Shown: positions 18,419-29,558, counted from the first letter of the stretch. The stretch is 64,000 bases of DNA from Polyangiaceae bacterium (GCA_046351315.1 JAXLYQ010000026.1:1471-65470); one strand, 5' to 3'. The notes: generated from the sequence alone by a model not told the origin. Program-made: numbers and translations.

Positions 18419-21031
18419 TCAGTTCATCACCTTCTTCGTGAAAGAAAGCTGCGTACCGTTGGCGTCGGCTTCAATCACGTCTCCGGTGGAGAACTCGCCC
18501 CCAAGGAGCTTCTTCGCCAGCGGATCCTCGAGCAGCTTTTGAATCGCTCGCTTCAGCGGACGGGCTCCGTATTGTGGATCCCAACCTGCATCACCCAAGA
18601 GCTCGCGAGCGCTGCTCGTGAGCACGATGTCAAGGCCACGACGCGCGAGACGTGCGCGGAATCGTTCGAGCTGTAGATCGACAATCGAGGCGAGGTGCTT
18701 TCGATCGAGTCGGTGGAACACCACCATCTCGTCGAGTCGGTTGATGAACTCTGGCCGGAACGACTTCTGAACCTCTGCGATGACAGCGCGCTGGATCAGC
18801 TCGGCCTTGTCTTCGGGGTCGAGCCCCTGACGCTCTTCGACCGCCGCGGCTTGCGCGGTGCCGAGGTTCGATGTGAGGATCAGAATGGTGTTCTTGAAGT
18901 CGACCGTTCGCCCTTGGCCATCGGTGAGGCGGCCATCTTCGAGCACTTGAAGCAGCGTGTTCCAGACGTCGGGGTGCGCTTTCTCGACCTCGTCAAAGAG
19001 AACGACGGTGTAGGGGCGGCGACGAACAGGCTCGGTGAGCTGACCGCCTTCGTCGTACCCGACGTAACCGGGAGGCGCGCCGATCAAACGCGAGACGGCG
19101 TGCTTCTCCATGTATTCGCTCATGTCGATACGCACCATCGCGCGCTCGTCATTGAACAGATGCTCCGCGAGTGCTTTCGCGAGCTCGGTTTTGCCGACGC
19201 CCGTTGGCCCCAGGAACAAGAACGATCCGATCGGTCGTCGATCGTCACCGAGCCCTGAGCGCGAACGTCGCACAGCGTTCGCCACGGCCTCAACTGCGCG
19301 CTCTTGGCCGACGACCCGATGATGCAAACCCTCTTCGAGACGAAGGAGTTTTTGCATTTCACCTTCAAGCATTTTCGATACGGGGATACCCGTCCATTTC
19401 GAGACGATGGCAGCGACATCCTCGTCACGAACCTCTTCTTTGAGGTAGCTCGAGCCGCTCTTTTGAGCTTCAGCGAGCTGTGCACGAGCTGCCTCGAGGG
19501 CCTTTTCTGCCTCGGGGATTTTGCCGTACGTCAGCTCGGCCGCTTTGCCGAGATCTCCCTTGCGTCGAGCGATCTCTTCTTCGGTTTTTAGATCGTCGAT
19601 CTTCTTCTGAAGCTCGCGAGCCTTCTCGAGGATCTCTTTCTCGTGAAGCCATTGAGACTTCATCGCATCACGCTGATTGCTGAGATCTGCAATCTCTCGC
19701 TTCACGTCGTGCAGACGAGCTTTCGAACCCGTGTCGTTCTCTTGAGCGAGCGCTTGCTCCTCGATTCGAAGATGGATCAGCTTGCGCTCGACCGTGTCGA
19801 TCTCGAGTGGAACGGAGTCGATCTCCATCTTGATTTTCGACGCCGCTTCATCGACCAAGTCGATCGCCTTGTCGGGCAAAAATCGATCGGAGATGTACCG
19901 ATTCGATAGGGTTGCTGCGGCGATCACAGCGGCGTCTTGGATGCGAATGCCGTGATGGAGCTCGTAGCGTTGCTTGAGACCGCGCAGGATGGCGATCGTG
20001 TCTTCCACCGTCGGCTCATTCACCTGCACTGGTTGGAAGCGTCGTTCGAGGGCCGCATCCTTCTCGATGTGCTTGCGGTACTCATCGAGCGTGGTCGCAC
20101 CGATGCAGTGCAACTCTCCGCGAGCGAGTGCTGGCTTGAGCATATTCGCCGCGTCCATCGCTCCTTCTGCAGCGCCTGCGCCGACGAGAGTGTGAAGCTC
20201 GTCGATAAAGAGAATGATGTTACCGCCAGCGGCTTCGATCTCTTTGAGCACGGCCTTGAGGCGGTCTTCGAACTCTCCGCGGAACTTCGAGCCTGCAACC
20301 ATCGATGCAAGGTCGAGCGACACGAGACGCTTGTTACGCAATCCTTCGGGGACATCGCCTTTCACGATGCGCTGAGCGATTCCTTCGACGATAGCGGTCT
20401 TACCAACACCAGGTTGACCGATAAGAACAGGGTTGTTCTTGGTGCGTCGCGAGAGCACCTGAATGACTCGACGGATCTCTTCGTCTCGGCCGACGACAGG
20501 GTCTGACTTGCCTCGGCGAGCAGCGTCGGTGAGATCACGCGTGTACTTGTCGAGTGCCTGGAATTTCCCTTCCGGATCGCGATCGGTCACTCGCTGGCTT
20601 CCGCGAATATCGCGCAGCGCAGCAAGCAACTTGTCGTAGGTGAGCCCGGCTCGCTCGAAGATGGCTTGTGCGTCTCGATCGTTTTTCGCAGCAGCCAACA
20701 AGAAGTGCTCGACCGAGATAAAATCGTCTTTGAAACCCTTGGTCTCGTCTTCGGCTTTCTGAAGCAGAGTATTGGCTCGACGAGAGAGACCTGGCTCGGC
20801 ACCGCCGGTGACTTGCGGAAGCTCTTTCAAGCGAGCTTGAAGTGCGGAACGCAAAGTCTGAACGTTCGCCCCTGCCTTCTGCAGGATGGGTTGCGCACTC
20901 CTGTCGGCCTGCTCGATGGCGGCCAACAAGATGTGCTCGGGTAGTAGCTCAGGGTTGCCTGCTCGCGACGCGCGATCGAGAGCATCTCGGATGGCTTCTT
21001 GGCTCTTGGTGGTGAGGCGATCGGGGCGCAT
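18419..21031 (-). CDS. clpB: ATP-dependent chaperone ClpB
   Basis: 870 aa. Clp N-domain, two AAA+ modules (Walker A 'GQPGVGKT' and 'GPTGVGKTE'), a long coiled-coil M-domain, and a ClpB C-terminus. Confidence 0.95.
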   Translation of the reverse strand: MRPDRLTTKSQEAIRDALDRASRAGNPELLPEHILLAAIEQADRSAQPILQKAGANVQTLRSALQARLKELPQVTGGAEPGLSRRANTLLQKAEDETKGFKDDFISVEHFLLAAAKNDRDAQAIFERAGLTYDKLLAALRDIRGSQRVTDRDPEGKFQALDKYTRDLTDAARRGKSDPVVGRDEEIRRVIQVLSRRTKNNPVLIGQPGVGKTAIVEGIAQRIVKGDVPEGLRNKRLVSLDLASMVAGSKFRGEFEDRLKAVLKEIEAAGGNIILFIDELHTLVGAGAAEGAMDAANMLKPALARGELHCIGATTLDEYRKHIEKDAALERRFQPVQVNEPTVEDTIAILRGLKQRYELHHGIRIQDAAVIAAATLSNRYISDRFLPDKAIDLVDEAASKIKMEIDSVPLEIDTVERKLIHLRIEEQALAQENDTGSKARLHDVKREIADLSNQRDAMKSQWLHEKEILEKARELQKKIDDLKTEEEIARRKGDLGKAAELTYGKIPEAEKALEAARAQLAEAQKSGSSYLKEEVRDEDVAAIVSKWTGIPVSKMLEGEMQKLLRLEEGLHHRVVGQERAVEAVANAVRRSRSGLGDDRRPIGSFLFLGPTGVGKTELAKALAEHLFNDERAMVRIDMSEYMEKHAVSRLIGAPPGYVGYDEGGQLTEPVRRRPYTVVLFDEVEKAHPDVWNTLLQVLEDGRLTDGQGRTVDFKNTILILTSNLGTAQAAAVEERQGLDPEDKAELIQRAVIAEVQKSFRPEFINRLDEMVVFHRLDRKHLASIVDLQLERFRARLARRGLDIVLTSSARELLGDAGWDPQYGARPLKRAIQKLLEDPLAKKLLGGEFSTGDVIEADANGTQLSFTKKVMN

Positions 21032-21086
21032 GGTGATCTCAACTCTCTCGGGTGGACGATATGGGTCGGTGCCGAAGCGCAGGGCG

Positions 21087-21108
21087 CACGTGTGTGGCTC
21101 GACACGTG
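21087..21108. promoter_or_regulatory. pair of CACGTG palindromes upstream of clpB
   Basis: 'CACGTG' at 21087-21092 and again at 21103-21108, inside 'gcgCACGTGtgtggctcgaCACGTGtcg', about 55-75 bp upstream of the clpB start codon. Candidate operator; no CIRCE element seen. Confidence 0.25.
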
Positions 21109-21285
21109 TCGTGACGAAGAAAATAGCGACCGAGCTTCACCTGCTCTACAAGCGGCAAACCAGGTGTTTTTCAGTCGATCCGAGGGGCTAGTGCCAGCCC
21201 CGGTATCCCTGAGCGGCTCGCAAGCTATGTCGCATGTTGCAATCCGCAAGGTGCATTGGCGCAAGGAATATGCCGAGCGCCGAAA

Positions 21286-22677
21286 TCAGCGAATTGCAAG
21301 CATGACGGCGATGGCAACCGCCACCGCTGCGACCACCGCCAAACCCAGCGTGAGAAGCGACACGCCTTGCTGTTGTGGTGGTGATGAGTTGTGAGCAGGA
21401 GGAGGGCTCAACGAATTGCCTGCTCGGCCCGACGGAGAAGCAGGAGGCACACTATTGTTTCGAACGCGCTGCTTCGACGACGACGGGAGCTCGGCTGATG
21501 TCGTGTCCTCGAGTGCCGAAGAAGCATCGACCGAAATGGCAACCTGACGCGGAGCCGAGGGGATATGAACGGGTGGTTCGTTGCCCGATTCGACTGGGCG
21601 GCTCGAACGGGTTTTTGTCCCGCTAAGCACACGAGCGATTCGTTCGACGGCCGTCTTTGACTCTACGGTGGCGAACGGGAGCAGCGCCTGCGAAAGCTCG
21701 GCGACGTTTTGAATGCGCTCGTTCACATCTTTCGTGAGGCAGCCCATCACGATCGCTTCGAGCTCTTCGCTCACATCACTTCGAAGCGTACGAAGCATGG
21801 GCGGTTTGTCGGCAGTGATCTTCGCGCAGATGCCAAACAAGTTGTTGGCCTCGAATGGAGGCCGCCCTGCGAGGAGCTCGAACAAGATCACGCCGAGCGA
21901 CCAAACATCGGTACGTGAATCGACGTATTTTGCCGAGCGAACTTGCTCGGGCGACATGTACGCAGGAGAGCCGACCGACACGCTGGTGGCGGTGAGACTC
22001 ACCTCGATGGACGCACCGCCCATGACCTCGGGCAGCAGCGCTTTCGACATGCCGAAGTCGACCACCTTGATGAACGGGCTGCCGTCTGGACGCTCGGTCA
22101 AAAACAAATTCGCGGGCTTCAAGTCACGGTGGACAATGCCCAACGCGTGGGCTTCAGCGAGCGCTTCACACGTTTGAATGATGTAGTCGACGGCGTCCGA
22201 GATACGCGAGCGACCCCTTCGTCGGATCAGCACACTCAGGTCTGTACCGACGAGAAATTCCATCACCAAAAACGGGGCACCCGAATCGTGGGTACCCATG
22301 TCGAGGATACGCACGACGTGCTCGCTTTGAATGCGTGAGGCGGCGCGGGCTTCACGAAGGAATCGAGCAGCGGCGTCCTTCTTTCCCGAGACATTGGGCA
22401 GCAGGAATTTGATGGCCACACGCTGGTTGAGAATCGTGTGCCAAGCCGAGAGAACCACGCCAACGCCACCACGCGCGATGATCTCCTCGACGCGATATTT
22501 GCCCGCGATAACTGAGCCTGGAGGGGGGATTTGAACCTCCTCTGGCCCGCCGTTCGCAGCAGCAGCGTTTTGCAGATCGTCACCCATCGGCGGCGCAAGC
22601 ATCGACCAAAGCGAATCAAATTGCCACATCCGTGATGATCGCCTCGAGCAAGCCTGGAAAGCGGCGATCGAAACCAC
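21286..22677 (-). CDS. Ser/Thr protein kinase with C-terminal transmembrane anchor
   Basis: 'GKYRVEEIIARGGVGVVLSA...VAIKFL', 'HRDLKPANLFL', 'DFGMSK', 'GSPAYMSPE', and a C-terminal hydrophobic helix. An alternative start at 22629 (MWQFDS...) is possible. Confidence 0.8.
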   Translation of the reverse strand: MVSIAAFQACSRRSSRMWQFDSLWSMLAPPMGDDLQNAAAANGGPEEVQIPPPGSVIAGKYRVEEIIARGGVGVVLSAWHTILNQRVAIKFLLPNVSGKKDAAARFLREARAASRIQSEHVVRILDMGTHDSGAPFLVMEFLVGTDLSVLIRRRGRSRISDAVDYIIQTCEALAEAHALGIVHRDLKPANLFLTERPDGSPFIKVVDFGMSKALLPEVMGGASIEVSLTATSVSVGSPAYMSPEQVRSAKYVDSRTDVWSLGVILFELLAGRPPFEANNLFGICAKITADKPPMLRTLRSDVSEELEAIVMGCLTKDVNERIQNVAELSQALLPFATVESKTAVERIARVLSGTKTRSSRPVESGNEPPVHIPSAPRQVAISVDASSALEDTTSAELPSSSKQRVRNNSVPPASPSGRAGNSLSPPPAHNSSPPQQQGVSLLTLGLAVVAAVAVAIAVMLAIR

Positions 22678-22774
22678 TTCTGTATGCGCTGGGAGTCACC
22701 CGAGCACTCAACGAAAAACGCCGACTGACGTAGAGCCAATCGGCGTTAGGTGGGGCAGGGCAGTGCGCGAGTGC

Positions 22775-24361
22775 TCAGTACGGCGGAGGCGCGCCGCCGA
22801 ATGGATCGCCCTTGTATCCAGTGCCGCCACCGTTCGACTTGGCTCCGCCACCGACTGCTGGGGTCGCGGCTACCTTGACGAGCGGGACAGACAGCTTCGA
22901 GTCGGTTGCTTTGATGGTCTTCGTGACGATGACGTAGCCAGCCTTGACGATGGCCACAGTCATCTCGGTGGTGCCCTTCTCGAAGGTCACGTCGCAGGGC
23001 GTTCCGGAGCAAAGCTCTTTGCCCTTGTCGTCATTGAGCCTGACCGTGGCGCCCGTCGGCTCGGAGTCGATGCGGAGCTTGACCTCTTTCGGTGCTTCGA
23101 CAGTGGGGGCAGGCGTTTCGACCTTGGGCGCAGCGGTTTGCGCGGGCTCGACCTTTGCGGGCGCAGTCACAGCAGGGGCTGGGGCAGGCTTGGGTGTTGA
23201 CGACTTGACGACCGCAAAGGCAGCGGCGGCAGCCACAGCGAGGCCAATCACACCAAACAGAATCTTGTTGCTCGAGCCCTTGTTTGCGTTTTGCGCAGCG
23301 GGGTCACTGAGCGACTGCGTGCCTGTCGACGAGGCCAAGAAGATGTGCTGGCCTGAGGTCGAGTTGATGTTCTGTGGCCCCGAGCCGAAGTTCCCTGAGG
23401 CTGAGGGAAGCTCTGCCGTTGCCAAGAACTGGCCAGTCTGGCCGCCGAACTGAACCTTCTTCAGCGCGAGAAGAAGCTCATCCATCGACAAGAAACGGTC
23501 ATCGGCCGACTTGGCGAGGCACTTGTTGATGAGGGCCTCGAACGCGGGGCTGATCTGCGCGCTTGGGTTGATGTCGCGCACCGGCGGCGGTGGCGTCTTC
23601 ATGTGCGCCATCAGGTTCTCGATCGAGCTGTTCTTGTCGAACGGGGGGCGCCCTGCGACCATCTCGAAGAGAACGATTCCGAGCGAATAGATGTCGGTGC
23701 GTGCGTCGATGGCTCCGCCCTGGATCTGCTCGGGCGACATGTACTTCGGCGACCCCATGAACACACCAGCTTGGGTGAGCTCTTCGGTGGCTTCGCCATC
23801 AGGGTCGACGTCTTTCACGAGACCGAAGTCGAGGACTTTCACGAAGTCTGTCTCGTCTCCGTGCTCGACCAAGTAGATATTGGCCGGCTTGATATCGCGG
23901 TGCATCACGCCAAGTGCGTGAGCTTCGCGAAGTGAGCGGCACACCTGCATCGCGACGTGAATGGCTCGCTCTTCGGCGAAGGGGCCATCGGTCTTGATGG
24001 CTTTCGAGAGCGTTCGGCCCTCGAGGTACTCCATCGCCATGAAGTACACACCGTCGTCGGTCTTACCGTAGTCGTAGATCGTAACGGTGTTGGGGTGGGT
24101 AAGCTTCGCGGCGGTGCTTGCCTCGAGGAAGAACCGCCGATGAAAGCCTTCGCCCAGGTGCTCGATGTTCTCTGGGCGCGGGATCAACACTTTCACCGCG
24201 CAAATTCGCCCGAGTGGAGCTTGTTTGGCGCGGTAAACAGCACCCATTCCGCCTTTGGCAATGGGTGAGGTGATGGTGAACTTTCCGTTGAGGTCGCGGC
24301 CGATCATCGCATCTGCTTCGGACGACTCAGTTGAGCTCACTTCTTGGCTCGCTTCCGCCAT
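22775..24361 (-). CDS. Ser/Thr protein kinase with TM helix and C-terminal PEGA-like domain
   Basis: 'IAKGGMGAVYRAKQ...AVKVL', 'HRDIKPANIYL', 'DFGLVK', 'GSPKYMSPE'. TM helix 'ILFGVIGLAVAAAAAFAVV'. C-terminal 'LRIDSEPTGATVRLNDDKGKELCSGTPCDV' is PEGA-like. Confidence 0.85.
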   Translation of the reverse strand: MAEASQEVSSTESSEADAMIGRDLNGKFTITSPIAKGGMGAVYRAKQAPLGRICAVKVLIPRPENIEHLGEGFHRRFFLEASTAAKLTHPNTVTIYDYGKTDDGVYFMAMEYLEGRTLSKAIKTDGPFAEERAIHVAMQVCRSLREAHALGVMHRDIKPANIYLVEHGDETDFVKVLDFGLVKDVDPDGEATEELTQAGVFMGSPKYMSPEQIQGGAIDARTDIYSLGIVLFEMVAGRPPFDKNSSIENLMAHMKTPPPPVRDINPSAQISPAFEALINKCLAKSADDRFLSMDELLLALKKVQFGGQTGQFLATAELPSASGNFGSGPQNINSTSGQHIFLASSTGTQSLSDPAAQNANKGSSNKILFGVIGLAVAAAAAFAVVKSSTPKPAPAPAVTAPAKVEPAQTAAPKVETPAPTVEAPKEVKLRIDSEPTGATVRLNDDKGKELCSGTPCDVTFEKGTTEMTVAIVKAGYVIVTKTIKATDSKLSVPLVKVAATPAVGGGAKSNGGGTGYKGDPFGGAPPPY

Positions 24362-24648
24362 GGACTGCTCCTCGATTGTTGACCACCCAGACGCCCCCAG
24401 ACTGTTTTGTCCGTCGACGGCGCATAAACCGGCAAACGAGCAGAAGCATGCCGGTTTTGCTCCGTTAGGTCAACAGGGCTCCGCGGATCTCAACGCTATT
24501 GAACACGGCGAGCGACGGGTGGTAGCGTCGCCGTTGTCATTGCCGGGCACCCGGCATATCTGGGGCGCGCCCAATGGGGGTGCGCCAAACGCCTGTGCTC
24601 CCAAGCCGGGCGCCACCGGTTACTTCCTCAACAACGAGGGGCACCTGC

Positions 24649-26052
24649 ATGCGTGGCAAGCTCATCGCGGTCTTTAGCCTCATCGTCGTCATCGTCGGAG
24701 CCATCTCTTTTGTGGTGGTTCGCGCGCTCGTCGGCGATCTCGTCGCGAACCCTGATCAAGCGCGAGCCGAAGGCTCTCGAGCCTCTATTGCGGCCGCAGC
24801 ACAGTTTCAGCTCTTTGCACTGAACATGGAGCGTTGGCTTGACGAGCAGGCCAATGATCCGAAGTGTCGCGAGCCGTTCTTGCGCGACAACGCACAGGCC
24901 CGAGGAGGCGAGGCGACTGCGCAGGCTGATCGCATCAGCACCCAGGCCAAGAGCGATTTCAAGAACACGCCTCCGTCGATGATTCTCTTCGTCGACGCCA
25001 AGGGGATCGGCGTGGGTCGCGACGGTAGTGGTCTGTTGCGTCTCGAAGATGTCGGGGCAGCTCACCCCCTGCTCGTCAAGACGCTCGCAAAGGGCACGAC
25101 GGGTGCTGATCTTTGGGTCGACAAAGCACGCGGAGAGCAAATGCTCGTCGCATTCGCGTCGATTCGAAATGACAAGGGGGTCATCGGTGGTCTGGTGATG
25201 GCCACGCCACTCGATGATGGCTTGCTTCAGCGCATCAGCGACGGAACAAGCGGTCGCCCCATTTCACTGGCGACGGTTTCTGCGGACAACGTCGAGATCA
25301 TTGCCAAATCGCAGTCGGTGACCCCGGCGTTGCTCGGCTCGTTGCAGGCTCAAAAGGCTGAGGTCAAGGGCGCAGCAGGCGCACAGCGACCCCTTACGTT
25401 GAAGGCTCCTGATGGCTTCTTGAGCGCAGGTGTTGGCTTGAGCGGTGTGGGTGACACGGGCCGCGCGGCGCTGGTTGCGTTTGCTCCGATCTCGCTCACC
25501 GAGAGCCTCAACACCCCGGTTCTGCCGATTCTCGCTGCCACCGGGTTGGGCCTTGTGTTGGTGGTGATCGCCAGCTTCTTGCTCGACACCTACTACTCGC
25601 GGCCGATCCTTGAGCTCGAAGAGGGCTTGCTCGCCATCATTAGCGGCGACAGCTCTCGTCGTTTCAACATCGAGCATGCTGAGTTTGGTGGGCTCGCTCA
25701 CCGTATCAACAGCTTGCTGAACCAACTGATGGACGTTCAAGAAGACAACACCGACGACGAAGGTCGCCCGAGCGTTGCTCCTGCTGCGTCGCACTTCCAG
25801 GAAGCTCTGTCGGTCGATGCAGACGCCCTCAAATCAGAGCCTGCCGAGGTGTACTACCCTCGTCTGTTCTCTGAGTACATCGCTGCCAAGCGAGCCAACG
25901 GTGACAAGGTCGACCACATCACCGAGCAGGCCTTTGTCGAGCGTATCAAGGCCAACGAGCTCGATACGTCACAGCGTCAAGGCAGGCCAGTTCGTTTCAA
26001 GGTTGAGCGCCACGAGAAAGAGGTTCGGCTGGTCGCTGTCCCACTCGAGTGA
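24649..26052 (+). CDS. HAMP-domain membrane protein (two TM helices, periplasmic loop, HAMP, conserved C-terminal domain)
   Basis: TM1 'LIAVFSLIVVIVGAISFVVV', TM2 'VLPILAATGLGLVLVVIASFLL'. HAMP region 'YYSRPILELEEGLLAIISGDSSRRFNIEHAEFGGLAHRINSLLNQLMD'. The C-terminal roughly 60 aa resemble a Myxococcus-specific C-terminal domain seen on some kinases (tentative). Confidence 0.5.
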   Translation: MRGKLIAVFSLIVVIVGAISFVVVRALVGDLVANPDQARAEGSRASIAAAAQFQLFALNMERWLDEQANDPKCREPFLRDNAQARGGEATAQADRISTQAKSDFKNTPPSMILFVDAKGIGVGRDGSGLLRLEDVGAAHPLLVKTLAKGTTGADLWVDKARGEQMLVAFASIRNDKGVIGGLVMATPLDDGLLQRISDGTSGRPISLATVSADNVEIIAKSQSVTPALLGSLQAQKAEVKGAAGAQRPLTLKAPDGFLSAGVGLSGVGDTGRAALVAFAPISLTESLNTPVLPILAATGLGLVLVVIASFLLDTYYSRPILELEEGLLAIISGDSSRRFNIEHAEFGGLAHRINSLLNQLMDVQEDNTDDEGRPSVAPAASHFQEALSVDADALKSEPAEVYYPRLFSEYIAAKRANGDKVDHITEQAFVERIKANELDTSQRQGRPVRFKVERHEKEVRLVAVPLE

Positions 26053-26183
26053 GTAATCGTGACGGTTTCCCCTTGAGTGGGTCTGGATCGTGCTTAGAAA
26101 GCAGCCCGCTTCGCCGACCCCTGCCGCCGCCACTCGCGGCCCTCACGATCCTGACCGCCGCCTGCCGGCTGATAGTTGTCCCC

Positions 26184-26930
26184 ATGGGTATCTTCGATTT
26201 CTTCAAGGGGTCCAAAAACCCCACACCAAGCACCACTGGCCCCAAGAGTAACCCTCCTGCGCAAGACAAGAACGTGGCCCGACACACGAAAGTGGTCGGC
26301 GACAAGCTTGCGCAGAACTACGATCGCATCGAGTCTATCGAGGCTCTTTGCCGCGTGGGCACCTCAGAGGCTGTCGCCGGGCTTCTCAAGCGTTTTACCT
26401 TCTACGTCGATCCATCGACGGTTGACCAAGAAGAGAAAGAGCTCGCGTTCCGAGGGATTGTCGACGCGCGCGAAGCCGCACTCGAGCCCATTCGCAAGTT
26501 CTGCGAAAAGGCCGAGAGTCTCGCGTGGCCGCTGAAAATCCTTCGAGCCCAGCTCGAAGAGGCGTCCTATGTCGAAGAGGTTCTCGCCTTGCTCGAGAAC
26601 TTCGACACCGATTACTCACGCAACGTTGATCCGAAGGTTCAGTTGATCGAAGCCCTCGACGGGAAGAACACCGCAGAGGTACTCGAAGCCCTGCTGCCTT
26701 TCGTCGAAGACGTGAGTGAGCCCGTTCGATTCCAGGTGGTCACGACACTTCTTTCGCTGAACAACGAAGCGGTCGTCGAGCCACTTGTCGATCAAGCGCT
26801 CGTTGAAGAATCCGTTCGCATCAAAAACAAGATCGCCGAGGGCTTCCGCGAGCGCGGTTGGCAAGTTCCCGAAGGCAAGCGTGCGAAGTTCGAGGCGGCT
26901 GTGATGCCTCGAAACGTGTTCCAGTTCTGA
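26184..26930 (+). CDS. hypothetical alpha-helical (HEAT/ARM-like) protein
   Basis: Likely start 'MGIFDFFKGSK'. Helical repeats; no motif. In-frame with the longer 26049 ORF, but the upstream extension looks non-coding. Confidence 0.4.
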   Translation: MGIFDFFKGSKNPTPSTTGPKSNPPAQDKNVARHTKVVGDKLAQNYDRIESIEALCRVGTSEAVAGLLKRFTFYVDPSTVDQEEKELAFRGIVDAREAALEPIRKFCEKAESLAWPLKILRAQLEEASYVEEVLALLENFDTDYSRNVDPKVQLIEALDGKNTAEVLEALLPFVEDVSEPVRFQVVTTLLSLNNEAVVEPLVDQALVEESVRIKNKIAEGFRERGWQVPEGKRAKFEAAVMPRNVFQF

Positions 26931-27075
26931 GCCTGCGCTCGCTCTGATTTCCGTGCGCCGAGAGGCGTGATCCGCGGTATACAGCGGCCCCGATGTGATG
27001 ATGGTGAGTGGCGCGTTTCGCGTCGCTCTCGCTCACATCTCGACCTCACGCGAACCGACGGAGCACGTAGCGACC

Positions 27076-28773
27076 ATGGCCTCTCCCGCGTTTCCCGAGC
27101 CTCCTGCCGCCATCCCTCCCACGCCGCTCGACGAAGTCGATCGTCGCGTTGCTCGAGTGGCCTCGCGCAAAGACGCTTGGGTCAAAGTTGATCTGCCTCG
27201 TCGTATCGAGCTGCTTCGCCGCTGTCTCGATGGTGTCGTTCGCGTGTCGGAGCGCTGGGTCGAGGGTGGTTGCAAGCTCAAGGGCATCGCCCCCGGTAGC
27301 GTTCTCGAAGGCGAAGAGTGGCTCGCCGGGCCGATGACCACGGTTCGCAACATTCGCTTGTTGATCCAGGCGCTCGAAGCCGGTGGGCGACCTGTTCCAC
27401 CCTCGATTTCGACGCGGCCCGATGGGCAAAAAGTCGCCAAGGTCTTCCCCACGAATCTGCAAGACCGCGCGATGTTCACGGGCTTTACCGCCGAGGTCTG
27501 GATTCAACCCGGCAAGGCCGCTTCACAAGGCGCGATCTATCGTGAAGCTCCCTCCTCGGGAAAGGTCTCGCTCGTTCTCGGAGCTGGCAACGTCTCGTCG
27601 ATCCCACCGATGGACTTGCTCTACAAGCTCTTCGCCGAGAACGAGGTCGTTGTTCTGAAGATGAATCCGGTCAATGCGCACGTTGGCCCGCGTCTCGAAG
27701 ATGCCTTCTCGTCGCTCATCGAAGAAGGCTTCCTCACCATCGTGTACGGTGGTGCAGAGGTTGGCGCTCACCTCGCCGAGCATCCGCAGATCGACACGCT
27801 TCACGTGACCGGCTCTGATCGCACCTACGATGCGATCGTGTGGGGTGCTGACCCAGCCGAGCAAGCGCAGCGAAAGAAGGAGAATCGCCCCAAGAACTCG
27901 CGTCCGTTCACTGCCGAGCTTGGTTGTGTAACGCCCGTTCTCATTGTCCCAGGCCCATGGACAGACGACGAGCTCGAGTACCAAGCTCGTCACGTGGCCG
28001 GCATGGTGGCTCAGAACGGCAGCTTCAACTGCAACGCGGCCAAGGTGATTGTCACGGCGAAGAGCTGGCCACAGCGCGAGAAATTCCTTGAGAAGGTCTC
28101 GGCAGCCTTGGCGCGAACGCCCCCTCGAAAGGCGTATTACCCTGGTGCGCAACATCGCTTTCAGGGGTTCTTGGATCACTACAAGAACGCCAAGATTCTC
28201 GGCGAGCAAGGCGAGCAGATTGTCCCCTGGACACTGCTCCCTGAGGTGCCCGCAAAGAGGGGCGAATACGCGCTGACGAACGAAGCGTTCTGCGGTGTGA
28301 TCGCTGAAGTGTCACTCGAGGGTGACGATGCGCGCGCCTTCTTGAAGAACGCAGTCGCCTTCGCCAACGATGATTGCTGGGGCACGCTGTCGTGCTGCTT
28401 GCTCATTCACCCAACCACCGAGCGTGCCTACGCCGATAGCCTCGATTCGGCTGTGGCCTCGCTCCGTTATGGTGGCATTGGTGTGAACGTATGGCCGGGC
28501 GTGATTTACGGCCTGTGCTCGCCCACGTGGGGCGCCTTCCCGGGTCACCCTCCCACGGATATCCAGTCGGGCGCGGGTGTGGTGCACAATACGTTCTTGT
28601 TCGACTTCCCCGAGAAGTCTGTGGTTCGAGCTCCGTTCGTGATCAAACCCACTCCGCTGTGGTTCCCCGATCACAAGAACCTCGCTGATGCGGGTCGCAA
28701 GCTCGTGCAGATGGAGGCGTACCCCGGCTGGGGCAAGCTGGTCGGCGTCGCTGTTGCTGCATTCAAGGGCTGA
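27076..28773 (+). CDS. NAD(P)-dependent aldehyde dehydrogenase family protein
   Basis: 565 aa from 'MASPAFPEPP'. ALDH core 'VLGAGNVSSIP', 'LKMNPVNAHVGP', 'FNCNAAKVIV' (catalytic Cys region), 'ELGCVTPVLIVPG'. Confidence 0.75.
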   Translation: MASPAFPEPPAAIPPTPLDEVDRRVARVASRKDAWVKVDLPRRIELLRRCLDGVVRVSERWVEGGCKLKGIAPGSVLEGEEWLAGPMTTVRNIRLLIQALEAGGRPVPPSISTRPDGQKVAKVFPTNLQDRAMFTGFTAEVWIQPGKAASQGAIYREAPSSGKVSLVLGAGNVSSIPPMDLLYKLFAENEVVVLKMNPVNAHVGPRLEDAFSSLIEEGFLTIVYGGAEVGAHLAEHPQIDTLHVTGSDRTYDAIVWGADPAEQAQRKKENRPKNSRPFTAELGCVTPVLIVPGPWTDDELEYQARHVAGMVAQNGSFNCNAAKVIVTAKSWPQREKFLEKVSAALARTPPRKAYYPGAQHRFQGFLDHYKNAKILGEQGEQIVPWTLLPEVPAKRGEYALTNEAFCGVIAEVSLEGDDARAFLKNAVAFANDDCWGTLSCCLLIHPTTERAYADSLDSAVASLRYGGIGVNVWPGVIYGLCSPTWGAFPGHPPTDIQSGAGVVHNTFLFDFPEKSVVRAPFVIKPTPLWFPDHKNLADAGRKLVQMEAYPGWGKLVGVAVAAFKG

Positions 28774-28781
28774 TCGATCGC

Positions 28782-29558
28782 GTGGTTCCGTTTCACGAGC
28801 TCGTCTATCTCGGCTTGTCGTTCATCGAGGTAGACGACGCTTCGTGCCTGTACGACCGAGCGCTTCATTCGTGGCTCGATGAGCGATGCCCAGAGGTGAG
28901 CGCGGTCTTCCGCGAGGATTCTCGTGTGCTCTCTTCACTGTACCGAGCGAGTCTTCCGCGTTCTCGCTGGTTGCATGCCCTTCCGCTGCTGCACGACTCG
29001 GTGGCATCGTTCGCTGCTTCTGCTCCTCTCGAGCTTGCTCAGCTCGAGGCTCGGCATGTGTCCGATGAGCTGCTTTTGCGTGCGCTCAAGCAACTGCCCA
29101 TCGAGCTCGTCGAGATCTTTCGGGCCGATCTCGCGCTTGTCCAGAAACCCTTTTCGCTTCTCTACGATCGTGTCGTGCGCGCCATGGTCGAGGAGGCTCA
29201 CGCGTCACTTCGACCGCTGCTCGATCAAGCTCGTGAGATAGAGCCTTCGTTCGACCCAACACAGGTTGAGCCCTGTCATTCGCTTGGCTCGCATGGGCGC
29301 GCGCTCGGTCGATGGATCCTCGTCGGGATACCTTCGCCGTGGAGCTCTTTCGATCTGGCGACCTGCGTGATTCAAGCGCTTCACGAGTATTGCGTGATCG
29401 AAGAAGAGCACCGTCTCGAGCCGCACCTCGATGAGCAAGAGCGACATCGCCAAAGCGAACGAGGCGCGATTGCCAGGTTGTCGAAACACATCACGCGCGG
29501 CCCAGAGAGCCTTCGTGAAGCACACACGCGTTGGCTTGCTCGACTGGTGATGGATTGA
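28782..29558 (+). CDS. hypothetical protein
   Basis: 258 aa, helical, no motif. Confidence 0.35.
   Translation: MVPFHELVYLGLSFIEVDDASCLYDRALHSWLDERCPEVSAVFREDSRVLSSLYRASLPRSRWLHALPLLHDSVASFAASAPLELAQLEARHVSDELLLRALKQLPIELVEIFRADLALVQKPFSLLYDRVVRAMVEEAHASLRPLLDQAREIEPSFDPTQVEPCHSLGSHGRALGRWILVGIPSPWSSFDLATCVIQALHEYCVIEEEHRLEPHLDEQERHRQSERGAIARLSKHITRGPESLREAHTRWLARLVMD

Noticed and set aside
19937-20506. 189-aa plus-strand ORF, plus several similar ones, inside clpB
   Set aside because: Antisense to a highly conserved ClpB; no domain.
24362-24648. Possible small RNA or hairpin (GCCGGGcacCCCGGC at 24546-24559) in the kinase/HAMP divergent region
   Set aside because: Only a short 6-bp stem; there is no flanking promoter or terminator evidence. 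It is most likely just part of the divergent promoter region.
26995-27075. N-terminal extension (MMMVSGAF...) of the aldehyde dehydrogenase ORF
   Set aside because: It is not conserved-looking. The ALDH N-terminus aligns from the downstream in-frame ATG at 27076.
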